A stretch of 64,000 bases of DNA from Bacteroidales bacterium (GTDB lineage: Bacteria; Bacteroidota; Bacteroidia; Bacteroidales; UBA10428), in contig JAFGIP010000008.1 in NCBI GenBank assembly GCA_016929525.1, forward strand, positions 34,749 to 98,748. Direction: 5' to 3'. Made by a program: the position numbers and the translations under genes. Every line of letters begins with the position of its first letter. Positions within the stretch are counted from its first letter, which is position 1. The notes under the pieces are model-generated. The model saw only the letters and a program-made list of their open reading frames with translations. It ran no database searches and was not told the origin of the DNA. Shown here piece by piece: positions 39,999-50,924 of the stretch.

Positions 39999-40077
39999 AA
40001 GACTTTATTGTATCATTTATTTTGGTTAGGTTCGAAATAAACTCTGGATAATATGTACACTTTTCAAAGGGCTTTCC

Positions 40078-41154
40078 TTATTTTATCTCGAAGTCAATCT
40101 GCAATTTATATGCTATCTCCTTAAGATCTCTTGCAATATTTGGAATTATGCTGATGCCTTCTTTCGATATTTGTTCTTCTTTTTCACGTTCGATATCACC
40201 CGGAATTTTAACGGCTGGGTTACCCGGGGCACTTTCAGCATTTCTGAATGTTGTAATCCACTCGTCCATTTTTCTCTTAAATTCAGCTGCCGGTTGAAAT
40301 GCATCAATACGCATTGCTCCGAAGAAATGGCCGGTCCCCTCTCCGACCTTTTCCTCTAGAACGGGAAGATATGCTACCGACGGCGGCACAAAAGGACCGA
40401 AGTTAGCTCCGGAGAGCACTGCACTAAAAATATCAACAATGGTGCTTAAGCAATAACCCTTATGACTTCCATGCGCATAATCACCTCCAAGGGTAAGCAT
40501 TGAACCTCCTTCTTTTAAAATTGAAGGCTCATCACTGGGATTACCATTCTTGTCCTGTACATATCCCAATAATGTTTTTTCACCATTTTTTTCTGCCACA
40601 GCCAGTTTACCTCTTGCAATCGGTGTAGTAGCAAAATCAGCAACAAAGGGTGGTTGTTTATCAGCGGGAATTGCAACAGCAATTGGATTTGTTCCCAGTA
40701 ATCTGCTTACTGAAAAGGTCGGAGCCACAAGAGGATTTGCATTGGTCATTGACATACCAATCATATCATGTTCAAGAGCCATCATCGCATAATAACCGGC
40801 AATACCATAATGATTTGATCCACGAACCGACACCCATCCTGTTCCTGATTTTTCTGCCTTTTCAATAGCGATCTCCATAGCTCTTGTAGCTGCGATCATC
40901 CCAATAGCCCCGTCACCATCAACAACAGCGGTACTGGGCGATTCATGTACAATGCGAATATCCGGTGATGTATTAATTCTTCGGGCTTCCCAAAGCTGAA
41001 AATAATCTTTAATTCTGATCATCCCATGTGATGCAAGCCCTCTTAACTCTGCTGCAAGGAATACTTTCGATGCCATGGACGCATGTTCATCGCTGCATCC
41101 CATTTTGACAAATATCTTTTTTGTAAAATCAAACAGATAATTATATGAATACAT
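40078..41154 (-). CDS. Ldh_2 family oxidoreductase (type 2 malate/L-lactate dehydrogenase family)
   Basis: LRG..SHG..R, SNHYGIAG, LGTNPIA, HKGY.L, V.IPGD.E. Confidence 0.9.
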   Translation of the reverse strand: MYSYNYLFDFTKKIFVKMGCSDEHASMASKVFLAAELRGLASHGMIRIKDYFQLWEARRINTSPDIRIVHESPSTAVVDGDGAIGMIAATRAMEIAIEKAEKSGTGWVSVRGSNHYGIAGYYAMMALEHDMIGMSMTNANPLVAPTFSVSRLLGTNPIAVAIPADKQPPFVADFATTPIARGKLAVAEKNGEKTLLGYVQDKNGNPSDEPSILKEGGSMLTLGGDYAHGSHKGYCLSTIVDIFSAVLSGANFGPFVPPSVAYLPVLEEKVGEGTGHFFGAMRIDAFQPAAEFKRKMDEWITTFRNAESAPGNPAVKIPGDIEREKEEQISKEGISIIPNIARDLKEIAYKLQIDFEIK

Positions 41155-41338
41155 AATATATTTATTAGCAGTTTATTTATCAGTGTTTAAATTTCGAACG
41201 CCAAAAGTAAAAAATTAAAGCTTCTGAAAAAGAAGTTTTAAAAGGCTTTTTCTTCTTTTTCCAAATTCCTCAATTTGGCTTTAACAAGAAAAATACTATT
41301 TTAGGCCCTGATTCGTTTCTTGTATAAATCTGCTGAAT

Positions 41339-42088
41339 TTGAAAAAAAGACACATTTTATTACTCCCGCTTATTGTGGTACAGTTGTTCTGCTTTAGTCA
41401 GAAACCTAAAGTAATGAATGATCCCACCCATGATGACAGGCCAATACATTTTGGATTTTCGGTTGGTGTCAATTTTATGGATTACAGAATTGAACACTCT
41501 GAAGCCGCAGATAACGCAGGAGTTTTTATAGGTCTGGAAGAAGTTTTACCCGGATTCACTGTTAACGCAATAGTTAACCTCAGAATAACGGAAAATTTTG
41601 ACTTTCGCACATTGCCGGGCATTTCATTTGGTGAAAGACATCTGTATTATATTGACAGCAGCGGATATGGAAATTCAATCTATCCCGAGCCCGGATCGGG
41701 CAGAACATCTTATTATAAATCCCCTTCATCATATATTGAAATTCCCGTTTGCTTAAAATATAAGGCAAAAAGATTAAATAATTTCAGACCCTATCTTATT
41801 GGTGGCGCTAATTTCAGATGGGATCTGACTATTAAAGATTCCTACGATGATGAGGATCAATTGATCATGACAGACGTGTTTAATGCTTTTGGCGAAGTTG
41901 GTACAGGAATGGATTTCTATATGACCTATTTCAAATTAGGGATTGAGATAAAATACTCTTTTGGCCTGTGGAATATTTTAAACAGAACGAACAGCAAAGG
42001 AGAGATCGACGAAGAACTTGCCCATTTTACCGATTACATAGATAAAATTACCGCACACATGGTAGTTGTTTCATTCCATTTTGAATAA
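41339..42088 (+). CDS. porT: Type IX secretion system outer membrane protein PorT/SprT
   Basis: D.RPIHFGF.VG.N, R.LPG.SF.ER, Y.EIP..LKY.AKRLNN.RPY, G.G.DFY..YFK; terminal HFE; next to trmH-tamL. Confidence 0.85.
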   Translation: MKKRHILLLPLIVVQLFCFSQKPKVMNDPTHDDRPIHFGFSVGVNFMDYRIEHSEAADNAGVFIGLEEVLPGFTVNAIVNLRITENFDFRTLPGISFGERHLYYIDSSGYGNSIYPEPGSGRTSYYKSPSSYIEIPVCLKYKAKRLNNFRPYLIGGANFRWDLTIKDSYDDEDQLIMTDVFNAFGEVGTGMDFYMTYFKLGIEIKYSFGLWNILNRTNSKGEIDEELAHFTDYIDKITAHMVVVSFHFE

Positions 42089-42856
42089 TCAACGTTGTTG
42101 CCTGCGAAATTCGGAACAAATAATCGAAGCAGCCATTGCAATGTTTAATGATTCTGATCTTTCGGATGAGTTGCTATTGCATGGTATTGTAATCTGTTCA
42201 TCTAAATAAGGAATCAGATTTTTGCTTATACCATTTGCCTCATTTCCAAATACTATCAACAACGGGCCTTTCAGATTTGATTTATAAAGATCTTTACCAC
42301 GAAGAGTAGTTCCGAAAATTTTATTACCACTCTTTTTATAATTAATAAAGAATTCCTGAAGGCTTGTATAAAAAACAGACGTGCGAAATATCGCCCCCAT
42401 ACTTGCCTGTACAACTTTGGGATTATAACAGTCAACCGAATCGTCCGAACAGATAATATTCCGGATTCCAAACCAGTCGGCCAGTCGAATAATAGTCCCC
42501 AAATTCCCGGGATCTCTTATCTGATCAAGCACCAATGAAATATTTGTATTTGAAATTTCTTCGATACTCAGTTTTTTGTCAGGCATCTTTAAAATTGCCA
42601 GAATTCCCTGTGGATTCTTTTGAGATGAAATTTTAATATACTCCTTTTCTGTTATATCATTCCATTTATCATCCTGTATGTAAAAATCAGAAATATTCAA
42701 GTTCTGTGTATAGTATAACTCCTTAATTAATTCACGATATGCATAAGTTATCTCTCGAACAATTTTTTCACCCTCAACAATAAACAGCTTCTCTCTAACA
42801 CGATATTTATTCTGATGTAACTGGTTTATAAATTTTATCTTCTGTTTGCTTATCAT
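42089..42856 (-). CDS. TrmH-family (SpoU) RNA methyltransferase
   Basis: IRDPGNLGTIIR.ADWFG, FGNEANG, ESLNIAMA. Confidence 0.92.
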   Translation of the reverse strand: MISKQKIKFINQLHQNKYRVREKLFIVEGEKIVREITYAYRELIKELYYTQNLNISDFYIQDDKWNDITEKEYIKISSQKNPQGILAILKMPDKKLSIEEISNTNISLVLDQIRDPGNLGTIIRLADWFGIRNIICSDDSVDCYNPKVVQASMGAIFRTSVFYTSLQEFFINYKKSGNKIFGTTLRGKDLYKSNLKGPLLIVFGNEANGISKNLIPYLDEQITIPCNSNSSERSESLNIAMAASIICSEFRRQQR

Positions 42857-42981
42857 ATTATAATTTTCCTGTTCAAAATAGTACTAACAGCACAAACAAA
42901 TAGAATTAATGTATACATTTTGCTGCTGTGTATTTTCAAAAATATATCTTTGAACGAATGTAAGAATTAAGTGCGAACAAA

Positions 42982-45243
42982 TTGAAGAATATATCAATAT
43001 CAATATTAAAAAAATTATCGCTTTACATCTTGTTACCAGCGCTTATAATGTCCTCTTCCTGTTCGCCGACCAGAAGAATTCCCGAAGGTGAATATCTTCT
43101 TGATAAAACCAGGGTTAATATCGATTCAAAAAAAATTGACAGGAAAAATATTAAACGTTTCGAAAGGCAAAGTCCAAACAAAACAGTTCTAACCTTTAAA
43201 TTTCATTTATGGCTTTATAATCTGGCCTCTCCTAAAAGAGAAAAATTTCCCAGTTCGTGGTTTCGAAAAATTGGGGAGCAACCCGTTATATGGGATCCTG
43301 TTCTTACTGAACAAACTACACAACAATATATCAAATATTTAGAAACCAAAGGCTATTACCACTCGGTTGTTGAAGATACAGTGAAGCTAAAGCGAAAAAA
43401 AGCTGTTGTTGCCCATAATATAACACTTAATGATCCTTATATAATAAATGGATTAAAATATGATTTTGAAGACCAGAACCTTGTTGAACTGATTTATTCT
43501 GATACAGCAAACAGCTTAATCAGGATTGGTGACAACTTTGATAAAGATATATTGCAAAAAGAAAGGCAAAGAATTGAAGAACTATTAAAAAATAACGGAT
43601 ATCTAAAATTCAACAAGCAATTTATTTTTTACAATGCAGAGGAGAGTAAAAAACCGAACAGAGTTGATCTGACTATACTAATTAAAGAAAATGTAGAAGG
43701 ATATCCCGATCCGGTTACTAAAATCAGAAGGCATTATAAATATAAAATTGACAATACTATAATTTATCCAAACTTCTCGAGAATTGGCACAAGTGATTTA
43801 AAATCTCGGATATCTGCAGATACAATAAGAAAAGATCAAAATTTAATTATTTATGCCAACGGAAAGAATATTAAACCCGATGCTGTGCTCATGCCAAATT
43901 TATGCACCCCGCAAAGTATCTATAGCCTTAAAAACACACAAAAAACATACAGTAACTATTCATCACTCGAAATAATAAGAATTGTAAATATTCAATATAA
44001 AGAGCAATACAAATCCATACCTGATTCAATGGGGTTCAAGAGTGTTGATTGTCAGATTGAATTAACACCTCGTAAAAAACAGGATTTACAATACGAGGTC
44101 TTTGGTACAAATTCATCGGGTGACTGGGGCGGTCAGATTAACCTGCTGTATAATAATTATAATTTATTGCATGGTGCAGAATATCTTCAAATAAAGCTGA
44201 CAGCAGCAAGAGAAAGTATGAGAAAACGGTATAACGCTTCACCGATGTTTGAGGTGGGTGTTGAGACTACATTAACACTGCCAATGTTTCTGGTACCATT
44301 TAATGCAAGAAGTTTCACCAGAAAATTTAATCCAAGGACGTTAATTAATATTTCTTATAGTTATCAGGACAGACCAGACTACACCAGAACAATCGCAAAA
44401 ACTTCCTTTGGATATAAATGGAAGGGAAACAGATTTAATTCACATTACTTTATACCTGTAGAGTTTAATTATGTCAGAGTTCCCGGAGGAATTAAAGACG
44501 ATGAGTTACGTGAGGATATTGTAGGTTCACCTCTTGAGAATAGCTTTAATGATCATACCATTGTAGCTATGAGATATGTGTTTGAATACTCAAACCAGGT
44601 GGTTGAGAAGAATCGGGATTTTGTATTTATAAGAGTTATGCCCGAAATTGCCCTTACTTATGTAAAAGGCGATATTGACGTCAGATATAATAAACAAATA
44701 ACCCCGGATAACAGGATAGTATACAGACTTTTTACCGGAGTCGGATACCCTATCAGAGACTCGGAAACACTCCCGTTTGAAAAAATGTATTTCAGCGGTG
44801 GTCCTTTTGGAATAAGAGCCTGGAGTACACGTGACCTGGGGCCTGGTTCGGATACATCCTCCACGTCCAGGTATGCCAATAGTCTGGGTGATATAAAAAT
44901 TGAGGCAAACTTGGAATACAGATTTTCTTTATTTTGGAAAATGGAAGGAGCTCTGTTTATCGATGCTGGTAATATATGGCTGTTTAATGAATATCCGGAA
45001 AGACCAGGAGCAGAATTCAAATGGGACAGGTTTATTGATGAACTGGCAGTTGGGACGGGACTTGGTTTACGATTCGATTTCAACTTTTTATTGATACGTA
45101 CCGATTTTGGTTTAAAACTTAGAGATCCGGCAATCCTGGAGGGAAGTAAATGGATCGACCGCAATGAAAATATTAAATATAACTTTAGAGAATTCATCAG
45201 AAACAGATGTACATTTCAGTTTGGTATAGGATACCCATTCTAA
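42982..45243 (+). CDS. tamL: Omp85-family translocation and assembly lipoprotein (TamL-like)
   Basis: Lipobox SSC, POTRA-like GY motifs, F.GG..IRAW..R.LGPG, G.G.GLRFDF.F..IR.D, C-terminal FGIGYPF. Confidence 0.85.
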   Translation: MKNISISILKKLSLYILLPALIMSSSCSPTRRIPEGEYLLDKTRVNIDSKKIDRKNIKRFERQSPNKTVLTFKFHLWLYNLASPKREKFPSSWFRKIGEQPVIWDPVLTEQTTQQYIKYLETKGYYHSVVEDTVKLKRKKAVVAHNITLNDPYIINGLKYDFEDQNLVELIYSDTANSLIRIGDNFDKDILQKERQRIEELLKNNGYLKFNKQFIFYNAEESKKPNRVDLTILIKENVEGYPDPVTKIRRHYKYKIDNTIIYPNFSRIGTSDLKSRISADTIRKDQNLIIYANGKNIKPDAVLMPNLCTPQSIYSLKNTQKTYSNYSSLEIIRIVNIQYKEQYKSIPDSMGFKSVDCQIELTPRKKQDLQYEVFGTNSSGDWGGQINLLYNNYNLLHGAEYLQIKLTAARESMRKRYNASPMFEVGVETTLTLPMFLVPFNARSFTRKFNPRTLINISYSYQDRPDYTRTIAKTSFGYKWKGNRFNSHYFIPVEFNYVRVPGGIKDDELREDIVGSPLENSFNDHTIVAMRYVFEYSNQVVEKNRDFVFIRVMPEIALTYVKGDIDVRYNKQITPDNRIVYRLFTGVGYPIRDSETLPFEKMYFSGGPFGIRAWSTRDLGPGSDTSSTSRYANSLGDIKIEANLEYRFSLFWKMEGALFIDAGNIWLFNEYPERPGAEFKWDRFIDELAVGTGLGLRFDFNFLLIRTDFGLKLRDPAILEGSKWIDRNENIKYNFREFIRNRCTFQFGIGYPF

Positions 45244-45395
45244 TAATATAGAGTCTTTCTGTAACATTAATTTTGCCTGCAGTGAACATATTAATGCATA
45301 ATTTTCTTTTGAATAAAATTATGCGTGGTTAATTTTTATAAATTTGCCACTCATTTTAACAGTGAATCATACAATAATCAATAAACTAATTAAAA

Positions 45396-46469
45396 ATGAA
45401 GGTTTTAGATAAAATCAAACCAGGAGTTGTTACTGGTAAAGATTTACAGGAATTACTTAAGATTGCTAAAGATAATCAGTTTGCATTACCTGCTGTAAAT
45501 GTGGTAAGCTCTGGTTCAGTCAACGCTGTATTGGAAGCTGCCAAAGTTGTAAACTCACCGGTAATGATCCAGTTCTCAAACGGTGGTGCTGCTTTCTATG
45601 CGGGTAAGGGGCTTTCTAACGAAAATGAAAAAGCTGCTATTGCCGGTGGAATAGCAGGTGCACAAAGCATTCACCTACTTGCTGAATTATATCAGGTGCC
45701 GGTTGTAGTTCATACCGATCATGCCGCTAAAAAACTTCTTCCCTGGATCGACGGTCTTTTAGACTCCGGTGAAAAATATTACAAAGAGAACGGTAAACCG
45801 CTTTTCAGTTCGCACATGTTAGATCTTTCCGAAGAACCGCTGGAAGAAAATATTGCAATCTGCAAGAAATACCTTGAGCGAATGAGTAAAATTGATATGA
45901 CACTTGAGATTGAACTTGGTGTTACCGGTGGTGAAGAAGACGGCGTTGATAATACTGATGTAGACAATGCCCTATTATATACACAACCCGAAGAAGTAGC
46001 ATATGCATACGAACAGTTAAGAAAAATAAGTCCGAACTTTACAATAGCCGCTTCATTTGGAAATGTCCATGGTGTTTACAAACCCGGTAATGTAAAACTT
46101 ACTCCGAAAATCCTTGATAATTCACAAAAATACATACAGGAAAAATATGGAACAGCTGTAAAACCTGTGAATTTTGTTTTCCATGGTGGTTCAGGTTCAT
46201 CACGTGAAGAGATTCGCGAAGCTATATCTTATGGTGTGATAAAGATGAATATCGATACCGATACACAGTGGGCTTTCTGGGATGGTATACGCAAATATGA
46301 AGCATCAAATCATGACTATCTGCAAGGTCAGATTGGAAATCCCGAAGGAGAAGACAGACCCAATAAGAAAAAATACGATCCGAGAGTTTGGTTACGTGAA
46401 GGAGAAAAATCAATGATTGAGCGTCTTAAGATCGCTTTTGAAGATCTTAATTGTCTGAATAGAAACTAA
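45396..46469 (+). CDS. fbaA: Class II fructose-bisphosphate aldolase
   Basis: HTDH, SSHMLDLS, GVTGGEEDGVD, FGNVHGVYKPG, FHGGSG, KMNIDTD. Confidence 0.97.
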   Translation: MKVLDKIKPGVVTGKDLQELLKIAKDNQFALPAVNVVSSGSVNAVLEAAKVVNSPVMIQFSNGGAAFYAGKGLSNENEKAAIAGGIAGAQSIHLLAELYQVPVVVHTDHAAKKLLPWIDGLLDSGEKYYKENGKPLFSSHMLDLSEEPLEENIAICKKYLERMSKIDMTLEIELGVTGGEEDGVDNTDVDNALLYTQPEEVAYAYEQLRKISPNFTIAASFGNVHGVYKPGNVKLTPKILDNSQKYIQEKYGTAVKPVNFVFHGGSGSSREEIREAISYGVIKMNIDTDTQWAFWDGIRKYEASNHDYLQGQIGNPEGEDRPNKKKYDPRVWLREGEKSMIERLKIAFEDLNCLNRN

Positions 46470-46550
46470 GTGATAACATTTATTCATAGAGGATACGGCT
46501 GATAGCATCAGAAAAAACTTGTTGTTCAAATCCTCTGCGTTACAATAATT

Positions 46551-46581
46551 AAAGGTGTCTGATAAATCGGACACCTTTTTT
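46551..46581 (+). terminator. Intrinsic terminator after fbaA
   Basis: AAAGGTGTCTGAT-AA-ATCGGACACCTTT followed by a T run. Confidence 0.8.
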
Positions 46582-46634
46582 ATTTGTTTTTTAATAATAT
46601 TGTGATCTGAGGATTAAAATCAAATCATATAAAT

Positions 46635-48026
46635 ATGTCAGGTTCCAGAAAAAGCAGGGCACTCTTCACAAGCAGGTTCGGCGTTATTGCAGCAGCAGCC
46701 GGATCGGCTATCGGATTAGGAAATATCTGGAAATTTCCATACATCACAGGAGTTTATGGAGGAGCTGCATTTCTTTTTGTATATCTTGCCTTTATCCTGG
46801 CCATCGGACTCCCGATAATGCTTTCCGAATTAATAATCGGACGTAAATCACGTAAAAATGCATTTGGCGCCTTTAAAAAACTTGCCCCCGGAACACCATG
46901 GAGATTCATTGGTTCATTTGGTGTTGGTGCCGCTTTTATAATTCTTTCGTTTTATGGTGTTGTGGCAGGTTGGAGCATACGATATATTGTGTTTTCGTTA
47001 ACCAATCATTTTCATAATTCCAGCCCCGAAGCAATTAGCAGTACGTTCAATGCTTTTATAACCTCACCAGGCGAACCATTGGTATATCAAATAATTTTTA
47101 TGCTGATGACAGGAGCTATTATAATGATTGGTGTACAGAAAGGAATTGAAAGATATTCAAAAATATTAATGCCGCTATTACTCACTCTGATACTGATCCT
47201 GGATATAAGAGCTGTAACATTACACGGGGCTTATGATGGCCTGAGGTTTCTTTTTAAACCTGATTTCTCAAAACTTACTTACGAGGGAATTCTCAGTGCA
47301 TTAGGTCATGCTTTTTTCTCATTAAGTTTAGGAATGGGAACACTCATCACGTATGGATCATACGTGAGAAAAGAAAACAACCTTGTACAGACTGCCATAC
47401 AAGTAACCGCTGCAGATACAATCATTGCCATACTTGCCGGTATAGCAATTTTCCCTGCAGTTTTTGCATTTAATATAGAGCCCGGCGAAGGTGTAGGACT
47501 CATATTTATTACACTCCCAAATGTATTTATGCAAATGCCCGGTGGTTATATTTTCTCAATCATGTTCTTTGTGCTGTTAACTATTGCGGCATTAACATCA
47601 GCTATTTCAATACTTGAAGTTGTGGTCGCATATTTCTCTGAAGAGTTAAAAATGAAGAGAAATGTGGCAACTGTTTTTGCCACAATTCTTATTACTCTTT
47701 TAGGTATTATTTGTTCACTTTCCCTGGGCATTTTTTCTGATGTTATTGTTTTCAACAGAAACATCTTTGATCTGCTTGACCACATCTCGGCCAATATACT
47801 ATTACCTCTTGGAGGAATGTTCATTGCATTATTCATCGGTTGGATCTACGGAAGATACAAGGTTCTAAGAGAGGTTGCCCATGGTGGAAAATTAAAAGGA
47901 CAGTTCCTTAAAATATTTATGGTACTCGTGAAATTTATTGCCCCTATAGCAATTTTCATTGTTTTTCTTAAAGGAATAAAAGTATTGGATTTCTTAGTTA
48001 CATTCATTAAAACAGTTATTTTCTAA
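46635..48026 (+). CDS. Sodium-dependent transporter, NSS/SNF family
   Basis: GSAIGLGNIWKFPY..G..GG.AFL, AFFSLSLG.G..ITYGSY. Confidence 0.93.
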   Translation: MSGSRKSRALFTSRFGVIAAAAGSAIGLGNIWKFPYITGVYGGAAFLFVYLAFILAIGLPIMLSELIIGRKSRKNAFGAFKKLAPGTPWRFIGSFGVGAAFIILSFYGVVAGWSIRYIVFSLTNHFHNSSPEAISSTFNAFITSPGEPLVYQIIFMLMTGAIIMIGVQKGIERYSKILMPLLLTLILILDIRAVTLHGAYDGLRFLFKPDFSKLTYEGILSALGHAFFSLSLGMGTLITYGSYVRKENNLVQTAIQVTAADTIIAILAGIAIFPAVFAFNIEPGEGVGLIFITLPNVFMQMPGGYIFSIMFFVLLTIAALTSAISILEVVVAYFSEELKMKRNVATVFATILITLLGIICSLSLGIFSDVIVFNRNIFDLLDHISANILLPLGGMFIALFIGWIYGRYKVLREVAHGGKLKGQFLKIFMVLVKFIAPIAIFIVFLKGIKVLDFLVTFIKTVIF

Positions 48027-48052
48027 TAGATAGAACGACCTGATAAATTGCA

Positions 48053-49492
48053 ATGAATCTTACTGACAGAATAAATGAAGTTTTTGCTCCGGCAGTAGAA
48101 TTATTAGGAAAGATTGTTTTTCTCGATCTGGCAAAGGTTTTTGGATTGGAACTTCCATATCAGGTTCCGTTGGTGGTTGTCTGGCTGATTTTTGGAGGAA
48201 TTTATTTCACCATCCGGATGCGTTTTATAAACATAAGAGGATTCAAACATGCTATTGAACTCGTTCTTGGGAAATATGATAAACCTGGTGAACCCGGTGA
48301 AGTTTCACATTTCAGGGCTCTTGCAACTGCTCTTTCAGCAACTGTAGGATTAGGCAATATTGCCGGTGTCGCCATAGCAATTTCTGTCGGAGGTCCCGGT
48401 GCTACTTTTTGGATGATAGTTGCCGGAATACTGGGAATGTCATTAAAATTCTCTGAATGCACACTTGGTTTAAAATACAGGAAAATATCCGATAAAGGAA
48501 TCGTTTCGGGCGGGCCAATGTATTATCTCGAAGAAGGACTGCGTAAAAGAAAAATGAAATACTTCGGAATATTTCTGGCCGTATTATACGCAATACTGAT
48601 AATACTTGCATCCTTCGGTGGAGGTAACATGCTGCAATCAAACCAGGCTTTCGCTCAGCTGGCAGCAGCTATACCTTTTTTCAAAGGGAAAGGTATATGG
48701 ATCGGAATTATTTTAGCCTTCCTTGTTGGCCTTGTAATCATTGGTGGATTAAAAAGTATTGCACGTGTCACAGCCAGAATTGTACCTTTCATGGCTATAA
48801 TATATATTCTTGCAGCTCTTGTTATAATAAGTATAAATTATCGGGATATAGATAATGTTTTTATCCTTATCATCAGAGAAGCTTTCACTTTACATTCTGT
48901 ACAAGGAGGCATAATAGGAGTTATGATAATGGGATTCAGACGCGGAGCCTTTTCAAATGAAGCAGGTATTGGATCGGCTTCTATTGCACACTCGGCAGCC
49001 AGAACGAATACACCTGTTCGGGAAGGACTGGTGGCTTTACTCGAACCATTTATCGATACCGTCGTAATTTGTACAATGACTGCCCTGGTCATAGTCTTTT
49101 CAGGAGTATATCAAACCAGTACTCAGGTTGAAGGAGCACCGCTAACCTCCGAAGCTTTTACAACTGCCTTTAGCTGGTTTCCGTATCTTCTGGTTCTTTC
49201 AATATTCCTTTTTGCATTTTCGACAATGATTTCCTGGTCGTATTACGGACTTAACGGATTTTTGTATCTTTCAGGTAAATTATTTAACAGTAACAGGGTT
49301 CCGGCTTTAGTTTACAGGTTATTATTTTTATTTTTTGTTATTTTAGGCTCTGCTACTCAGTTGAAAGACGTTATCGAATTTTCAGATATGATGATTCTGG
49401 GACTTGCATTCCCAAATATTCTGGGATTGCTTATTATGGCAAAAGAAATTAAAACTGACCTTGATGTATACCTATTAAAAAGAAAAAGCTGA
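48053..49492 (+). CDS. Alanine/glycine:cation symporter (AGCS family)
   Basis: ALSATVGLGNIAGVA.A...GGPGA.FWM, GGPMYY, FSNEAG.GSA, EPFIDT..IC. Confidence 0.93.
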   Translation: MNLTDRINEVFAPAVELLGKIVFLDLAKVFGLELPYQVPLVVVWLIFGGIYFTIRMRFINIRGFKHAIELVLGKYDKPGEPGEVSHFRALATALSATVGLGNIAGVAIAISVGGPGATFWMIVAGILGMSLKFSECTLGLKYRKISDKGIVSGGPMYYLEEGLRKRKMKYFGIFLAVLYAILIILASFGGGNMLQSNQAFAQLAAAIPFFKGKGIWIGIILAFLVGLVIIGGLKSIARVTARIVPFMAIIYILAALVIISINYRDIDNVFILIIREAFTLHSVQGGIIGVMIMGFRRGAFSNEAGIGSASIAHSAARTNTPVREGLVALLEPFIDTVVICTMTALVIVFSGVYQTSTQVEGAPLTSEAFTTAFSWFPYLLVLSIFLFAFSTMISWSYYGLNGFLYLSGKLFNSNRVPALVYRLLFLFFVILGSATQLKDVIEFSDMMILGLAFPNILGLLIMAKEIKTDLDVYLLKRKS

Positions 49493-49577
49493 CTGAAAAT
49501 TATCAAAGATGTAATAAAGTTACGATCATCATAATTTTCAATTAAAAAAATACAGCGTTATTGGAAATAAAATTAAC

Positions 49578-50444
49578 ATGAGATTAAGAAACAATTTAAA
49601 TGCTTTATTCGCGTATTCCAGATCTGAAATAAGAGGTATAATTATTTTGATATTAATAATATGTGTATTGCTTTTTGTAAGATATGAAATTCGATCCAGG
49701 GCAGAACCGTTAATCTTAGATGAACAGGAATATACTCATCAAATAAATAATACTTATAATACCAACAGACCGGAATCCGACTCAATAATATCAATGTATA
49801 ACTCAAACTCTTTAACTACCGACCCCAATACTGCCACATATCATGAACTTGTAACAGTAGGATTTTCAAGTGAAATTTCAAATCGGATTATTAAATACCG
49901 AGAAACAGGAGGATGTTTTAATTCAACCGATGATCTGCTGAAAGTATATGGCTTCGACAGACAAAAACTTGAAGTGTTAAGAAAACATATAATTATTAAA
50001 TCAGCTAGAAAATCCATATACCCTGGAAATGAAAGTATAACAAAATGCGAGCTAATAGAAATAAACAGTGCCGATACAGCTGAGTTTATGCAGTTGGCAG
50101 GAATAGGAAAAGTACTTTCTGCAAGGATTATAAAATACCGCTCCGTTCTTGGTGGATTTTATAATACAAAACAACTTATCGAAGTATTTGGGATTGATGA
50201 TAGTCTGTATACCACAATATCAAACAGGCTTATTGCAGATACACTGGCAATACAAAAAATTAATATTAATCTGGCAGATTTTAATGATCTAAAAGCACAT
50301 CCATATATAACATACAACCAGGCTAAAGCTATCCTAAGTTATCGTCGTATTATGGGTCAGTTTAACCAAGTAAATGAGCTGCTGAAATTTAATCTGTTAT
50401 CTGAAGAAAACTACCTGAAAGTACTGCCATACCTGTCTTTTTAA
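49578..50444 (+). CDS. ComEA-like helix-hairpin-helix DNA-binding protein
   Basis: N-terminal TM; repeated DPNTA / INSAD..L.GIG..L..RIIKYR..LGGF / ININ.A..L..HPYI modules. Confidence 0.85.
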   Translation: MRLRNNLNALFAYSRSEIRGIIILILIICVLLFVRYEIRSRAEPLILDEQEYTHQINNTYNTNRPESDSIISMYNSNSLTTDPNTATYHELVTVGFSSEISNRIIKYRETGGCFNSTDDLLKVYGFDRQKLEVLRKHIIIKSARKSIYPGNESITKCELIEINSADTAEFMQLAGIGKVLSARIIKYRSVLGGFYNTKQLIEVFGIDDSLYTTISNRLIADTLAIQKININLADFNDLKAHPYITYNQAKAILSYRRIMGQFNQVNELLKFNLLSEENYLKVLPYLSF

Positions 50445-50602
50445 GTAACTGTAATTTTTATTAAGAATTCCATTTAAAAGCATTCTATTCTTAAAAATAA
50501 TACTTAAATTTAAAGGTGAATTTTTATAAAAATCATTTATTAATAAGGAGTGCCGGTATCAAAATAAAACTCCCGGATTATATTAAATATTTTTATTTTT
50601 TA

Positions 50603-50634
50603 TTTGGTAAATCCAAAACGCTGTAATAAATTTG
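50603..50634 (+). promoter_or_regulatory. Bacteroidota primary-sigma promoter of rpsU
   Basis: TTTG (50603-50606), 20-nt spacer, TAAATTTG (50627-50634). Confidence 0.75.
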
Positions 50635-50664
50635 CGGCTCGTTTTACAAAAACATCTGAATACT

Positions 50665-50856
50665 ATGATTATAGTTCCAGTAAAAGAAGGAGAAAACATT
50701 GAAAGAGCTCTAAAGAAATTCAAGAGAAAATTCGAGAAGACAGGTGTTATTAAAGAGCTTAGAATTCGTCAGGCTTTCAAAAAACCTTCAGAAGAAAGAA
50801 GGGAAGTAGTTAAACGCGCTATATACGTACAACAGATGCAGCAAAGCGAAGAGTAA
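50665..50856 (+). CDS. rpsU: 30S ribosomal protein S21
   Basis: MIIVPVKEGENIERALKKFKRKF..LR.RQAF.KPS. Confidence 0.96.
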   Translation: MIIVPVKEGENIERALKKFKRKFEKTGVIKELRIRQAFKKPSEERREVVKRAIYVQQMQQSEE

Positions 50857-50924
50857 TATCCATTTTCAGGGGATAATCCGGGGAGACAAGATACCGGCCT
50901 GTTACCACTAAATTATCCCTAAGC

